Shown in pieces: positions 24,301-39,300 of a DNA stretch of 64,000 bases (position 1 is the stretch's first letter; the number at the start of each line of letters is the position of its first letter). The stretch is from the human T2T-CHM13v2.0 reference genome, Homo sapiens, in NCBI RefSeq assembly GCF_009914755.1, contig NC_060944.1; one strand, given 5' to 3'. Below the pieces are notes generated by a model. That model made no database searches. It saw only the letters and a program-made list of their open reading frames with translations, and was not told the origin of the DNA. The position numbers and the translations under genes were made by a program.

Positions 24301-27300
24301 TATGAAAAGGTATGTTCAACCTTGTGAGTTGAATGCAACCATCACAAAGAAGGTTCTGACAATGCTTCTGTCTAGTATTTATGTGAAGATAGTTCATTTT
24401 TCATCATAGGCCTCAAAGCTTTCAAAATGTCCACTTGCAGATTCTACAAAAAGAGTGTTCCAAAATTGCTCTATTAAAAGAAAGGTTCAACTCTGTGAGT
24501 TGAATGCACACATCACAAAGAAGACTCTCTGAGAATGCTTCTGTCTGGTTTTTTTGTGAAGATATTCCCATTTCCAACGAAGGCCTAAACAGAACAAATA
24601 TCCACTTGCAGAAACTACGAAAAGAGTGTTTCTAAACTGCTCTATAAAAAGGTATGTTCAACTCAGTGAGTTGAATGCAAACATCAAAAACAAGTTTCTG
24701 AGAATGCTTCTGTCAAGTTTTTATGTGAAGATATTTCCTTTTCCACCATAGTCCTCAATGCACTCCAAATGTCCAATTGTAGATTCAACAAAAAGAGTGC
24801 TTCAAAACTGCTCTGCCAATCAAAGGTTCAACTCTGTCAATTGAATGCACACATCAGAAAGAAGTTTCTGAGAATGCTTCTATCTAGTTTTTGTGAAGCT
24901 ATTCCCGTTTCCAATGAAGGCCTAAAAGCAGTCCTAATATCCACTTGCAGATTGTACGAATAGAGTTTTTCAAGACTGCTCTATGAAAAGGTATGTTCAA
25001 CTCTGTGAGTTGAATGCAAACATCACAAAGTAGTTTCTGAGAATGCTTCTGTCTAGTTTTTATGTGAATATATTCCCGTTTGCAAAAAAGGCCTCAAAGC
25101 AGTTGAAATATCCACTTTCAGATCCTACGAAAAGAGTGTTTCAAAACTGATCTATGAAAAGGTATGTTCAACTATGTGAGTTGAATGCAAACATCACAAA
25201 GATGGTTCTGAGAAGGCTTCTGTCTAGTTTTTATGTGAAGATATTTCCTTTTCCACCGCAGGCCTTAAAGCTCTTCAAATGTCCACTTGCAGACCCTACA
25301 AAAACAGTGTTTCAAAGCTGCTCTATCAAAAGAGAGGTTCAACCATGTGAGTTGAATTCACACATCACAAAGAAGTTTCTGAGAATTCTTCTTTCTAGTT
25401 TTTATGTGAACATATTCCCGTTTCCAAAGAAGGCCTCAAAGCAGTACAAATATGCACTTGCAGATTCTACGAATAGAGTGTTTCATAACTGCTCTATGAA
25501 AACGTATGTTCAACTCTGTGAGTTGAATGCAAACATCATAAAGAATTTTCTGAAAATGCTTCTGTCTGTTTTTTTGATGAAAATATTTCCTTTTCCACCA
25601 TACGCCTTTAAGCTATCAAAATGTCCACTTGCAGATTCTGCAAAAAGAGTGTTTCAAAACTGCTCAATGAAAAGGTACGTTCAACTCTGTGAGTTGAAAG
25701 CAAACATCACAAAGAAGGTTCTGAGAATGCTTCTGTCTAGTTTTTATGTGAAGGTATTTCCTTTCCCACCACAGGCCTTAAAGCTCTCAAAATGTCCACT
25801 TGCAGATCCTACAGAAACTGTGTTTGAAAACTGCTCTATCAAAAGAAAGGTTCAACTCTCAGTTGAATGCACACATCACAAAGAAGTTTCTGAGAATACT
25901 TCTGTCTAGTTTTTATATGAAGATATTCCCGTTTCCAACGGAGGCCTAAAAGCAGTAAAAATATCCACTGGCAGAACCTACGAAAAGAGTGTTTCTAAAC
26001 TGCACTTTGAAAAGTTATATTCAACTCTGTGAGTTGAATACAAACATCACAAAGAAGGTTCTGAGAATGCTTCTGTCAAGTTTTCATGTGAAGATGTTTC
26101 CTTTCCCACCACAGGTCTTAAAGATCTCGAAATATCCACTTGAAGATCCTACAGAAACAGTGTTTGAAAACTGCTCTATCAAAAGAAAGGTTCAACTCTG
26201 TTAGTTGAATGCACTCATCACAATGAAGTTTCTGAGAATGCTTCTATCTAGTTTTTATGTGAAGATATTTCATTTCCACCATAGGCCTCAATGGATTCCA
26301 AATGTCCACTTGCAGATACTACAAAAAGATTGTTTCAAAACTGCTCTATCTAAAGAAAGGTTCAACTCTGTGAGTTGAATGCACACATCACAAAGTAGTT
26401 TTTGAGAATGCTTCTATCTAGTTATTATGTGTAGATATTCCCGTTTCCAACGAAGGCCTCAAAGCAGTCCAAATATCCACTGGCAGATTATACAAAAAGA
26501 GTGTTTCAAAACTGCTCTATGAGGAGGAATTTTCAACTCTGTGAGTTGAATGCAAACATCGCAAAGAAGCTTCTGAGAATGCTTCTGTCTTGTTTCTTTG
26601 TGAAGATATTTCCTTTTCCACCATTGACCTCAAAGCTTTACAAATGTCCACTTGCAGATTCTACAAAAAGAGTGTTTAAAAACTGCTCTATCAAAAGAAA
26701 GATACAACTCTGTGAGTTGAATGCACACATCACAAAGAAGTTTCTGAGAATGCTTCTGTCTAGTTTTTATGTGAAGATATTCCCGTTTCCAACGAAGGCC
26801 TCCAAGCAGTCCAAATATCCACTTTCAGATTCTACGAAAAGAGAGTTTCAAACAGCTCTATGAAGCGGTATGTTCAACACTGTGTGTTGAATACAAACAT
26901 CACAAAGAAGGTTCTGAGAATGCTTCTGTCCAGTTTTTATGTGAACATATTTCCTTTTCCACCATAGACCTCAATGCTCTCCAAATGTCCACTTGCAGAT
27001 TCTACAAAAAGAGAGTTTCTAAACTGCTCTATCAGAGGAAAGGTTCAACTCCGTGAGCTGAATGCACACATCACAAAGAAGTTCATGAGATTGCTTCTGT
27101 CTAGTTTTTATTTGAAGATATACCCGTTTCTGTCGGAGGCCTCAAAGCAGTCAAAAATATCCACTTACAGATACTACAAAAAGAGTGTTTCAAAACTGCT
27201 CTACGAAAAGGTATACTCCTTTGTGTATACTCTGTAATGTTTGCATACAACTCCATGAGTTATATGCAAACATTACAGAGAAGTTTCTGAGAATGCTTCT

Positions 27301-30300
27301 TTCTACTTTTTATGTGAAGATATTTCCTTTTCCACCAAAGGCCTCAAAGCTCTTCAAATGTCCACTTGCAGACTCTACAAAAAGAGTGTTTGAAAACTGC
27401 TCTATAAAAAGAAAGGTTCAACTCCATGAGTTGAGTGCACACATCACAAAGAAGTTTCTGAGAATGGTTCTATCTAGTTTTTATGTGAAGATATTTCCTT
27501 TTCCACCATAGGCCTCAAAGCACTCCAAATGTCCACTTGTAGATTCTATAAAAAGAGTGTTTCAAAACTTCTCTATCAAAAGAAATGATAAATTCTGTGA
27601 GATGAATACACACATTCCTAAGAAGTTTCTGAGAATGCTTCTATCTACTTTTTATGTGTAGATATTCTCATTTCCAATGAAGGCCTCAAAGCCGTCCAAA
27701 TATCCACTGGCAGATTCTACAAAAAGAGTGTTTCAAAACTGCTGTATTAAGAAGTACTTTCAGCTCTGTGAGTTGAATGCAAATATTGCAAAGAAATTTC
27801 TCAAAATGCTTCTGTCTGGTTTTTATGTGAAGATATTTCCTGTTCCACCACAGGCCTCAAAGCTTTCCAAATGTCCACTGGCAGATACTAAAAAAATAGT
27901 GTTTCAAAACTACTCTATAAGAAGAAAAGTTCACCTCTGTGATTCGAATGCACACATCACAAAGAATTTTTTGAGAATGCTTCTGTCTAGTTTTTATGTG
28001 AAGATATACCCGTTTCCAATGAAGGCCTCAAAGCAGTCCAAATATCCACTTGCAGATTCTATGAAAAGAGTGTTTCAAAACTGCTCTATGAAAAGGTATG
28101 TTTTACTCTGTGAGTTGAATGCAACCATCATGAAGAATTTCCTGAGAATTCTTCTGTCTACCTTTTATGTGAAGATATTTCCTTTTCCACCATAGACCTC
28201 AAAGCCCTTCAAATGTCCACTTACAGATTCTACAAAAAGAGTGTTTCAAAAGTGCTCGATCAAAAGAAAGATTCAAATCTGTGAGATGAATGCAAACATC
28301 ACTAAGAAGTTTCTGATAATGCTTCTGTCTAGTTTTTATGTGAAGATATTCCCGTTTCCAACGAAGACCTCAAAGCAGTTCAAATATACACTTGCAGATT
28401 GTACGAAAAGAGTGTTTTCAAAACTGCTCTATGAAAAGGTATGTTCAACTCTGTGAGTTGAATGCAAACAGAATGCTTCTGTCTAGTTTTTATGTGAAGA
28501 TATTTCCTTTTCTACCATAGGTCTCAAAGCTCTCCAAATGTGCACTTGCAGATTCTACAAAAAGAGTGTTTCAAAACTGCTCTGTAAAAAGAAAGGTTAA
28601 ACTCTGTGAGTAGAATGCACACATAACAAAGAAGTTTCTGAGAATGCTTCTGTCTAGTTTTTATATGAAGTTATTCCCTTTTCCAATGAAGGCCTCAAAG
28701 CAGTCCAAATATCCACTTGCAGATTCTACAAAAAGAGTGTTTCAAGACTGCTCTATCAAAATAAAGTTTCAACCCGCTGAGTTGAATGCACACATCATAA
28801 AGAAGTTTCTTAGAATGCTTCTGTCTAGTTTTTACGTGAATATATTCCCGTTTCCAATGAAGGCCTCAAAGCAGTCCAAATATTCACTTGCAGATTCTAC
28901 GAAAAGAGTGTTTCAAAACTGCTCTCTGAAAACGTATGTTCAACTCTGTGAGTTGAATGCAAATGTCAAAAAGTAGTTTCCGAGAATGCTTCTTTCAAGT
29001 TTTTATGTGAAGTTATTTCCTTTCAACCATAAGACTCAAAGCTCTCCAAATATCCACTGCAGATTCTGCAAAATGAGTGGTTCAAAACTGCTCTATCAAA
29101 AGAAAAGTTCAAAATTGTTAGTTGAATGCAGACATCACAAAGTAGTTTGTGAGCATGCTTCCGTCTAGTTTTTATATGTAGATATTCCCGTTTCCAACAA
29201 AGTACTCAAAGCAGTCCAAATATCCACTTGCAGATTCCATGAAAAGTGTCTTTCAAAACTGCTCTAAAAAAAGTTATGTTCAAATCTGTGAGTTGAATGT
29301 AAACACAGCGAAATTTCTGAGAATGCTTCTGTCTACTTTTTATGTGAATATATTTCCGTTTCCGCCAAAATGTTCACTTCTTGATTCTACAAAAAGAGTG
29401 TTTCAAAACTTGTCTATCAAAAGAAAGGTTAAACTCTGCGATTTTAATGCACACATCACAAAGAAGTTTCTGAGAAAGCTTCTGTCTAGTTTTTATGTGA
29501 AGATATTCCCGTTTCCAACGAAGGCCTCAAAGCAGTCCATATATCCACTTGTAGATTCTATGAAAAGCGTGTTTCAAAACAGCTGTATGAAAAGGCATAT
29601 TCAACTCCATGAGTTGAATGCAAACATCACAAAAATGTTTCTGAGAATGCTTATGTCTGGTTTTTATATGAAGATATTTCCTTTTCCACCATACGCCACA
29701 AATCTTTCCAAATGTTCACTTGCATATTCTACAGAAAGAGTGTTTCAAAACTTCTCTATCAAAAGAGAGGTCAATTCTGTGATTTTAATACACACATCAC
29801 AAAGAAGTTTCTGAGAAAGCTTCTGTCTAGTTTTTATGTGAAGATATTCCGTTTCCAATGAAGGCCTCAAAGCAGTCCAAATATCCACTTGCAGATTCTA
29901 TGAAAAGAGTGTTTCCAAACTGCTCTATGAAAAGGTATGTTCAACTCTGTGAGTTGAATGAAAACATCACAAGGAAGTCTCTGAGAATGCTTCTTTCTAG
30001 TTTTTATGTGAAGATATTTCCTTTCAACCATAGGCCTCAAAGCTCTGCAAATGTCCACTGCAGATTCTACAAAATGAGTGGTTCAAAACTGCTCTACCAA
30101 AAGAAAGATTCAACTCTGTGAGTTGAATGCACACATCACAAAAAAGTTTCTGAGCATGGCTCTGTCTAGTTTTTGTACGTAGATATTCCCGTTTCCAAAG
30201 AAGTCTTCAAAGCAGTCCAAATATTCACTTGCAGATTCTACGAATAGAGTGTTTCAAAACTGCTCTATCAAAAGAAAGTTTCAACTCTCTGAGTTGAATG

Positions 30301-33300
30301 CATACATCACAACGAAGTTTCTGAGCATGCCTCTGTCTAGTTTTTGTACGTAGATATTCCCGTTTCCAAAGAAGTCCTCAAAGCAGTCCAAATATTCACT
30401 TGCAGATTCTACGAATAGAGTGTTTCAAAACTGCTCTATCAAAAGAAAGTTTCAACTCTCTGAGTTGAATGCATACATCACAACGAAGTTTCTGAGAATG
30501 CTTCTGTGTAGTTTTTATGTGAAGATATTCCCGTTTCCAGCAAAGGCCTCAAAGCAGTACAAATATCCACTTGCAGATTCTACAAAAAGAGTGTTTCAAA
30601 ACTGCTCCATAAAAAAGTAAGTTAAATGCTGTGAGTTTAATGCAAACATCACAAAGAAGTTTCAGAGAATGCTTCTGTCTAATTTTTATGTGAAGATATT
30701 TCCTTTTCCACCATAAGCCTCAAAGCTCTCCAAATGTACAATTGCAGATTCTACAAAAATATTGTTTCAAAACTGCTCTATCAAAACAAAGGTTCAACTC
30801 TGTGAGTTGAATGCAAACATCACAAAGAAGTTTCTGAGAATGCTTCTGTCTGATTTTTATATGAAGATATTTCCATTTCCACCTTAGGCCTCAAAGCTTT
30901 CAAAATGTCCACTTGCAGATACTACAAAAAGAGTGTTTCAAAACTGATCTATCAAAAGAAAGGTTCAACTCTGTGAGTTGAATGCACACATCACAAAGAA
31001 GTTTCTGAGAATGCTTCTGTCTAATTTTTATGTGAAGATATTCCCGATTACAATGAAGGCCTCAATGAATTCTAAATATCCACTTGCAGATGCTACGAAA
31101 AGAGAGTTTGAAAACTGCTCTATGAAAAGGTATGTTCAAGTCTGTGAGGTGAATGCAAACATCACAAAGTAGGTTCTGAGAATGCTTATGTCTAGTTTTC
31201 ATGTGAAGATATTTACTTTTCCACTATAGCCCTCAAACCTCTCCAAATGTCCACTTGCAGATCCTAAGAAAAAAGTGATTCAAAACAGCTCTATGAAGAA
31301 GTATGGTCAAATCTTTGAATTGAATGCAAATATCAGAAAGAAGTTTCGGAGAATGCTTCTGTCTATTTTTTATGTGAAGATATTTTCTTTTCCAACGTAG
31401 TCCTCAAAGCTTTCAAAACGTCTATTGCAGATTCTACAAAAAGAGTGTTTCAAAACTGCTCCATGAAAAGCTATGTTCAACTCTGTGAATTGAATGCACA
31501 CATCACAAAGAAGTTTCAGAGAATGCTTCTGTCTAGTTTTTATGTAGATATTCCTGTTTCCAACGAAGGCCTCAAAGCAGTCCAAATAACCACTTGCAGA
31601 TTCTACGGAAAGAGTTTTTCAAAACTGCTCTATGAAAAGGTATGTTGAATTCTGTGAGTTGAATGCAAACATGACAAAGAAGTTTCTGAGAATGCTTCTG
31701 TCTGGTTTTTATGTGAATCTATTTCCTTTCCACCATAAGCCTCAAAGCTCTACAAATGCCCATTGCAGATTCTACAAAATGAGTGTTTCAAAACTGCTCT
31801 ATCAAAAGAAAGTTTCAACTCTGTGAGTTGAATGCACAAATCACAAGTTTCTGAGAATGCTTCTGTCTAGTTTTTATGTAGATATTCCTGTTTCCAACGA
31901 AGGCCTCAAAGCAGTCCAAATAACCACTTGCAGTTTCTATGAAAAGAGTTTTTCAAAACTGCTCTATGAAAAGGTATGTTGAATTCTGTGAGTTGAATGC
32001 AAACATGACAAAGAAGTTTCTGAGAATGCTTCTGTCTGGTTTTTATGTGAATCTATTTCCTTTCCACCATAGGCCTCAAAGCTCTACAAATGCCCATTGC
32101 AGATTCTACAAAATGAGTGTTTCAAAACTGCTCTATCAAAAGAAAGTTTCAACTCTGTGAGTTGAATGCACAAATCACAAGTTTCTGAGAATGCTTCTGT
32201 CTAGTTTTTATGTGAAGATATTCTTGTTTCCAACGAAGGCCTCAAAGCAGTCCAAATATCCACTGGCAGATTCCACGAAAAGAGTGTTTCAAAGCTGCTG
32301 TATGAAAAGGTATGTTCAACTCTGTGAGTTGAATGCAAGCATCAGAAAGAAGTTTCTGTGAATGCTTCTGTCTAATTTATATGTGAAGATATTTACTTCC
32401 ACCATAGGCCTCAAAGCTCTCCAAATGACCACTTGTAGATTCTGCAAAATGAGTGTTTCAAAACTGCTCTATCAAAAGAAAGGTTCAACTCCGTGAGTTG
32501 AATACACACATCACAAAGAAGTTTCTGAGAATGCTTCTTTCTAGTTTTTATGTGAAGATATTTCCTTTTCCACCATAAGCCTCAAAGCATTCCAAATGTC
32601 CACTTGCAGATTCTACAAAAAGAGTGTTTCAAAACTGCTCTATCAAAAGAAAGTTTCAAATCTATGAGTTGAATGCACACATCACAAAGAAGTTTCTCAG
32701 AATGCTTCTATCTAGTTTTTAAGTGAAGATATTCCCATTTCAAATGAAGGCGTCAAAGCAGTCCAAATATCCACTTGCAGATTCCACGAAAAGAGTGTTT
32801 CAAAACTGCTCTGTGAAAAGGTATATTTAACGCTGTCGGTTGAATGCAAACATCACAAAGAAATTTCTGTGAATGCTTCTGTCTAGTTTTTGTGAATATA
32901 TTTCGTTTTCCACCAAAGTCCTCACAGCTCTCCTAAAGTCTACTTGCAGATTCTACAAAAAGTGTGTTTCAAAACTGCTCCATTAAAATAAACTTTCAAA
33001 TCTGTGAGTTCAATGTACACATCACAAAGAAGTTTCTGATAATGCTTCTGTCTAGTTTTTATGTGAAGATATTCTCGTTTCCAACGAAGGCCTCAAAGCA
33101 GTAAAAATATCCACTTGCAGATTCTACGAAAAGATTGTTTCAAAACTGCTCCATGAAAAGGCATGTTCAGCTCTGTGAGTTGAATGCAGACATCATAAAA
33201 ATTTCTGAGAATGCTTCTGTCTAATTATTATGTGAAGATATTTCCTTTCCACCGTATGCCTCAAAGCTCTCCAAATGTCCACTTGTAGAATATTCAAAAA

Positions 33301-36300
33301 CATTGTTTCAAAACTACTCTATCAAAAGATAGGCTCAACTCTGTGAGTTGAATGCAGACATCACAAAGAAGTTTCTGAGAATGCTTCTGTGTAGTTTTTA
33401 TGTGAAGATATTCCCATTTCCAACGAAGGCCTCAATGCCATCAAAATATCCACTTGCAGATTCTACGAAAAGAATGTTTCAAAACTGCTCTATGAAAACG
33501 TAAGTTCACCTCTGTGTTTTGAAGGCAAAGATCACAAAGAAGTTTCTGAGAATGCTTCTATCTGGATTTTATGTGAAGATATTTTCTTTTCTACCATAGG
33601 TCTCAAAGTTTTCCAAATGTCCACTTGCAGATTCTACAAAAAGAGTGTTTCAAAACTGCTCTAACAAAAGAAAGTTTCAACTCTGTAAGTTGAATCCACA
33701 CATCTCAAAGAAGTTTGTGAGAATGGGTCTGTCTAGTTCTTATGGGTAGATATTCCCGTTTCCAACGAAGGCCTCAAAGCAGTCCAAATATCCACTAGCA
33801 GATTCTGCGAAAAGAGTGTTTCAAAACTGCTCTATGAAAAGCTATGTTCAAATCTGTGATTTGAATGCAAACATCACAAAGAAGTTTCAGAGAATGCTTC
33901 TGTCTTGTTTTCATGTGAATATATTTCCTTTTCCACCATAGGCCTCGAAGCTCTCCAAATGTCCACTTGCACATACTACAAAAAGAATGTTTCAAAACTG
34001 CTCTATCATAGGAAAGGTTCAACTCTGTGAATTGAATGCACATATCACAAAGAAGTTTCTCAGAATTCTTCTGTCTAGTTTTTATGTGAAGATATTCCCA
34101 TTTCCAACAAAGGCCTCAAAACAGTCTAAATACCCCCTTGCAGATACTGCGAAAAGAGTGTTTCAAAACTGCTCTGTGAAAAGGTATGCTCAACTCTGTG
34201 AGTTGATTGCAAACATCACACAGCAGTTTCTGAGAATGCTTCTGTCTGGTTTTCATTTGTAGATATTTCCTTTTCCACGATAGGTCTCAAAGCTCTCCAA
34301 ATGTCCAATTGCAGATACTGGAAAATGAGAGTTTCAAAACTGTTCTATCAAAAGAAAGGTTCAACTGTCTGCGTTGAATGCACACATCACAAGGAAGTTT
34401 CTGAGAATGCTTCTGTCTAGTTTTTATGTAAAGATATTCTCTTTTACAACAAACACCTCAAACAGTCCAAATATCCAATTGCAGATTCTACGAAAAGAGA
34501 GTTTCAAAACTGCTCTATGAAAAGGTATGTTTAACGCTGTCGGTTGAATGCAAACATCACAAAGAAACTTCTGTGAATGCTTCTGTCTAGTTTTTATGAA
34601 TATATTTCATTTTCCACCAAAGTCCTCACAGCTCTCCTAAAGTCCACTTGCAGATTCTACAGAAAGAGTGTTTCAAAACTGCTCCATTAAAAGAAAGTTT
34701 CAACTCTGTGGGTTCAATGCACACGTCACAAAGAAGTTTCTTAGAATGCTTCTAATTTTTAATTGAAGTTATTCCCTTTTTTAAAGAAGGCCTAAAAGAA
34801 GTTCAAATATCCACTTGCAGATCCTACGAAAAGAGTGTTTCAAAACTGTTCTATAAAAAAGTATGTTCAACTCCGTGAGTTGAATGGAAACATCACAAAT
34901 AAGTTTCTGAGAATGCTTCTGTCTGGTTTTTATGTGAAGATATTTCATTTTCCACAATAGGCCTCAAAGTTCTCCAAATATCCACTAGCAGATCCTACAA
35001 AAAGAGTGTTTCAAAACTGCTCTATGAAAAGAAAGGTTCAACTCTGTGATTTGAATGCACACATCACAAAGAAGTTTCTGAGAATGCTTCTGTCTAGTTT
35101 TTATGTGAAGATTTTCCCATTTCCATAGAAGGTCTCAAAGCAGTCAAAATATCGACTTGCAGATTCTACGAGAAGAGTGTTTCAAAACTCCTCCATGAAA
35201 AGTTATGTTCAACTCTGTGATTTGAATGCACACATCACAAAGAAGTTTCTTTGAATGCTTCTTTCTGGTTTTTATATGAAGATATTTTCTTTTCAACCAC
35301 AGGCCTCCAAGCTTTCCAAATGTCCACTTGCAGATTCTACAAAAAGGGTGTTTCAAAACTGCTCTAAAAAAAAGTTCAAATCTGTGAGTTGAATGCACGC
35401 ATTACAAAGAAATTTCTGAGAATGCTTCTGTCTAGTTTTCATGTGAAGATATTCCCGTTTTCAACGAAGGCCTCAAAGCTGTAAAAATATCCTCTTGAAG
35501 GTTCTACGAAAAGAGCGTTTCAAAACTGCTCTATGAAAAGGTAAGTTCAACTCTGTAAGTAGAATGCAAACCTCACAAAGAAGTTTCTGAGAATGCTTCT
35601 GTCTGTTTTTATGTGAAGATATTTCCTTTTCCACGATGGGCCTCAAAGCTCTCCAAATGTACACTTGCAGGTTCTACAAAAAGTGTGTTTCAAAAGAGCT
35701 CTGTCAAAAGAAAGGTTCAGCTCTCTGAGTTGAATGCACACATCACAAAGAAGTTTCTGAGAATGCTTCTTTCTTGTTTTTCTGTGAAGATATTCCCGTT
35801 TCCATCAAAGGCCTCAAAGCAGTCCAAATATCCACTTGTAGATTCTACTAAAAGAGTGTTTCAAAACTGCTCTATGAAAAATTATGTTCAACTCTGTGAG
35901 TTGAATGCAAACATCACTAAGATGTTTCTCAGAATGCTTCTGTCTAGTTTTATGTGAAGATATATCCTTTTCCACAGTAGGCCTCAAAGCTTTCCAAATG
36001 TTCACTTGGAGATTCTACAAAAGAGTGTTCCAAAACTGCTCTATCAAAAGAAGTTTCATATCTGTGAGTTGACAGCACACATCACAAAGAAGTTTCTGAG
36101 AATGCTTCTATCTAATTTTTATGTGAAGATATTCCCATTTCCAACAAAGGCTTCAAAGCAGTCCAAATATAACCTTGCAGATACTATAAAAAGAGTGTTT
36201 CAAATCTGCTCTATGAAAAGGTATGTTCAACTCTGTGAGTTGAATGAAAACATCACAAAGAAGTCTGACAATGCTTTTGTCTAGTTTTTATGTGAAGATA

Positions 36301-39300
36301 TTTCCTTTTTCCACCATAGGCCTCAAAGTGCTCCAAATGTCCACTTGGATATTGTACAAAAAGAGTGTTTCAAAACTGCTCTATCAAAAGAAAGGTTCAA
36401 CTCTGTGAGTTGAATGCGCACATCACAAAGAAGTTTCTGAGAATGCTTCTGTCTAGTTTTAATGTGAAAATGTTTCCCTTTCAAACGAAAGCCTCAAAGC
36501 AGTCCAAATATCTACTTGCAGATTCAACAAAAAGAGTGTTTCAAAACTGCTCTCTTAAAAGGTATGTTTGACTCTGAGAGTTGAATGCAAACATCAAAAA
36601 GTAGTTTCTGAGAATGCTTCTCTCTTGTTTTTATGTGAAGATATATTCTTTTCCACTAAAGGCCTCAAAGCACTCCAAAGGTTCTCATGCAGATTCTACA
36701 AAATTAGTGTTTCAAAACTGCTCTATCAAGAGAAAAGTTCAACTCTGTGAGTTGAATGCACACATCACAGAGTCGTTTCTGAGAATGTTTCTGTCTAGTT
36801 TTTCTGTGACGACATTCCCGTTTCCAACCAAGGCCTCAAAGCAGTCCAAATATCCACCTGCAGATTCTACGAAAAGAGTGTTTCAAAACTGCTCTATGAA
36901 AAGGTGTGTTCAACTCTGAGAGTTGAATGCAAACATCACAAAGACATTTCTGAGAATGCTTCTGTCTAGTTTTTATGTGAAGATATTTCCGTTTCCAACA
37001 AAGTCCTCAAAGTGGTCCAAAAATCCACTTTCAGATTCTAAGAAAAGAGTGTCTCAAAACTGCTCTATGAAAAGGTATGTTCAACTCTGTGAGATGAATG
37101 CAAACATCACGAAGAAGTTTCTGAGAATGCTTCTGTCTGGTTTTTATGTGAAGATATTTCCTTTTCCACAATAGGCCTCAAAGCTCTACAAATGTCCACT
37201 TGCACATCCTACAAAAAGAGTGTTTCAAAGCTGCTCTATCAAAAGAAAGGTTCAACTCGGTGAGTTGAATGCACACATCTCAAATAAGTTTCTGAGAATG
37301 ATTCTGTCTAGTTTTTATGTGAATATATTTCCGTTTCCAACGAAGGCCTCAAAGCAGTCCAAATATCCAATTGCAGATTCAACGAAAAGAGTGTTTCAAA
37401 ACTGCTCTACGAGAAGATGTGTTCAACTATGTGAGTTGAATGCTAACATCACAAAGAAGTTTCTGAGAATGCTTCTGTCTAGTTTTTATGTGAAGATATA
37501 TCCTTTTTCACCAAAGGCCTCAAAGCACTCCAAAGGTTCTCTTGCATATTCTACAAAAAGAGTGTTTCAAAACTGCTCTATCAAGAGAAAAGTTCAACTC
37601 TGTGAGTTGAATGCACACATCACAAAGCCGCTTCTCAGAATGCTTCTGTCTAGTTGTTATGTGACGACATTCCTATTTCCACCCAAGACCTCAAAGCAGT
37701 CCAAATATCCACCTGCACATTCTACGTAAAGAGTGTTTAATAACTGCTCTTTGAAAATGTGTGTTCAAATCTGTGAGTTGAATGCAAAAATCACAAAGAA
37801 GATTCTGAAAATGCTTCTGTCTGATTTTTATGTGAAGATATTTCCTTTTCCACCATACGCCTCAAAGCTCTCCAAATGTCCAATTGCAGGTTCTAGAAAA
37901 AGTTTGTTTCAAAACAGCTCTATCAAAAGAAATGTTCAACTCTGTGAGTTGAATGCAAACCTCACAAAGAAGTTTTTGAGAATGCTTGTGTCTAGTTTTA
38001 CTGCAAGATATTTCATTTTCCAGAGTAGGCCTCTAAGCTCTCAAATGTCCACTTGGAGATTCTACAAAAAGAGTATTTCAAAACAGCTCTATCAAAAGAA
38101 AGATTCAAATCTGTGAGTTGAGTGCGCCCATCACAAAGGAGTTTCTGAGAATGCTTCTGTCTAATTTTTATGTGAAAATATTTTCTTTTCCACCATAGGC
38201 TTCATATCTTTCCAAATGTCCACTTGCAGATTCTACAAAAAGAGTGTTTCATAACTGCTCTATCAAAAGAAAGGTTCAAATCTGTGAGTTAAATGCACAC
38301 ATCACAATGAAGTTTCTGAGAATGCTTCTGCCTAGTTTTTATGGGAAGACATTCCCGTTTCCAAGGAAGGCCTCAAAGCAGTCCAAATATCCAATTGCAG
38401 ATTCTACGAGAAGTGTGTTTCATAACTGCTCTATGAACAGGTAAGTTCAACTCTGTGAGTTGAATGCAAACATCACAAAGAAATTTCTGAGAATGCTTCT
38501 GTCTGGATTTTATGTGTAGATATTTACTTTTCCACCATAGGCCTCAAAGCTCTCCAAATGTCCCCTTGCAGATTCTACAAAAAGAGTGTTTCAAAACTGC
38601 TCTATCAAAAGAAAGGTTCAACTCTGTGACTTGAATGCACATATCACAAATAAGTTACTTTGAATGCTTCCGTCTTGTTTTTATGTGAAGATATTCCCGT
38701 TTCCAATGAAGGCCTCAAAGCATTCCAAATATCCACTTACAGATTCTACTAGAAGAGTGTTTCATAACTGCTCTATGAACAGGTAAGTTCAACTCTGTGA
38801 GTTGAATGCAAACATCACAAAGAAGTTTCTGAGAATGCTTCTCTCTAGATTTTCTGTGTAGATATTTACTTTTCCACCATAAGCCTCAAAGCAATCCAAA
38901 TATACACTTGAAGGTTATACGAAAAGAGTGTTTTGAAACTGCTCTATTAAAAGGTATGTTCAACTCTATGAGTTGAATGCACACATCACAAAGAAGTTTC
39001 TGAGAATGCTTCTGTCTACTTTTTATGTCAAGATATTCCCTTTTCCAACGAAGGCCTCAAAGCAGTCCAAATATCCACTTGCAGATTCTACGAAGAGAGT
39101 GTTTCAAAACTGCTCTATGAAAAGAAAGGTTCAAATCTGTGAGTTGAGTGCACACATCACAAAGAAGTTTCTGAGAATCCTTTTGTCTAATTTTTATGTG
39201 AAGATATTCCCGTTTCCAAAGAAGGCCTCAAAGCAGTTTAAATATACACTTTCATATTCTACGAAGAGTGTTTCAAAACTGCTCTATGAATAGGTATGTT

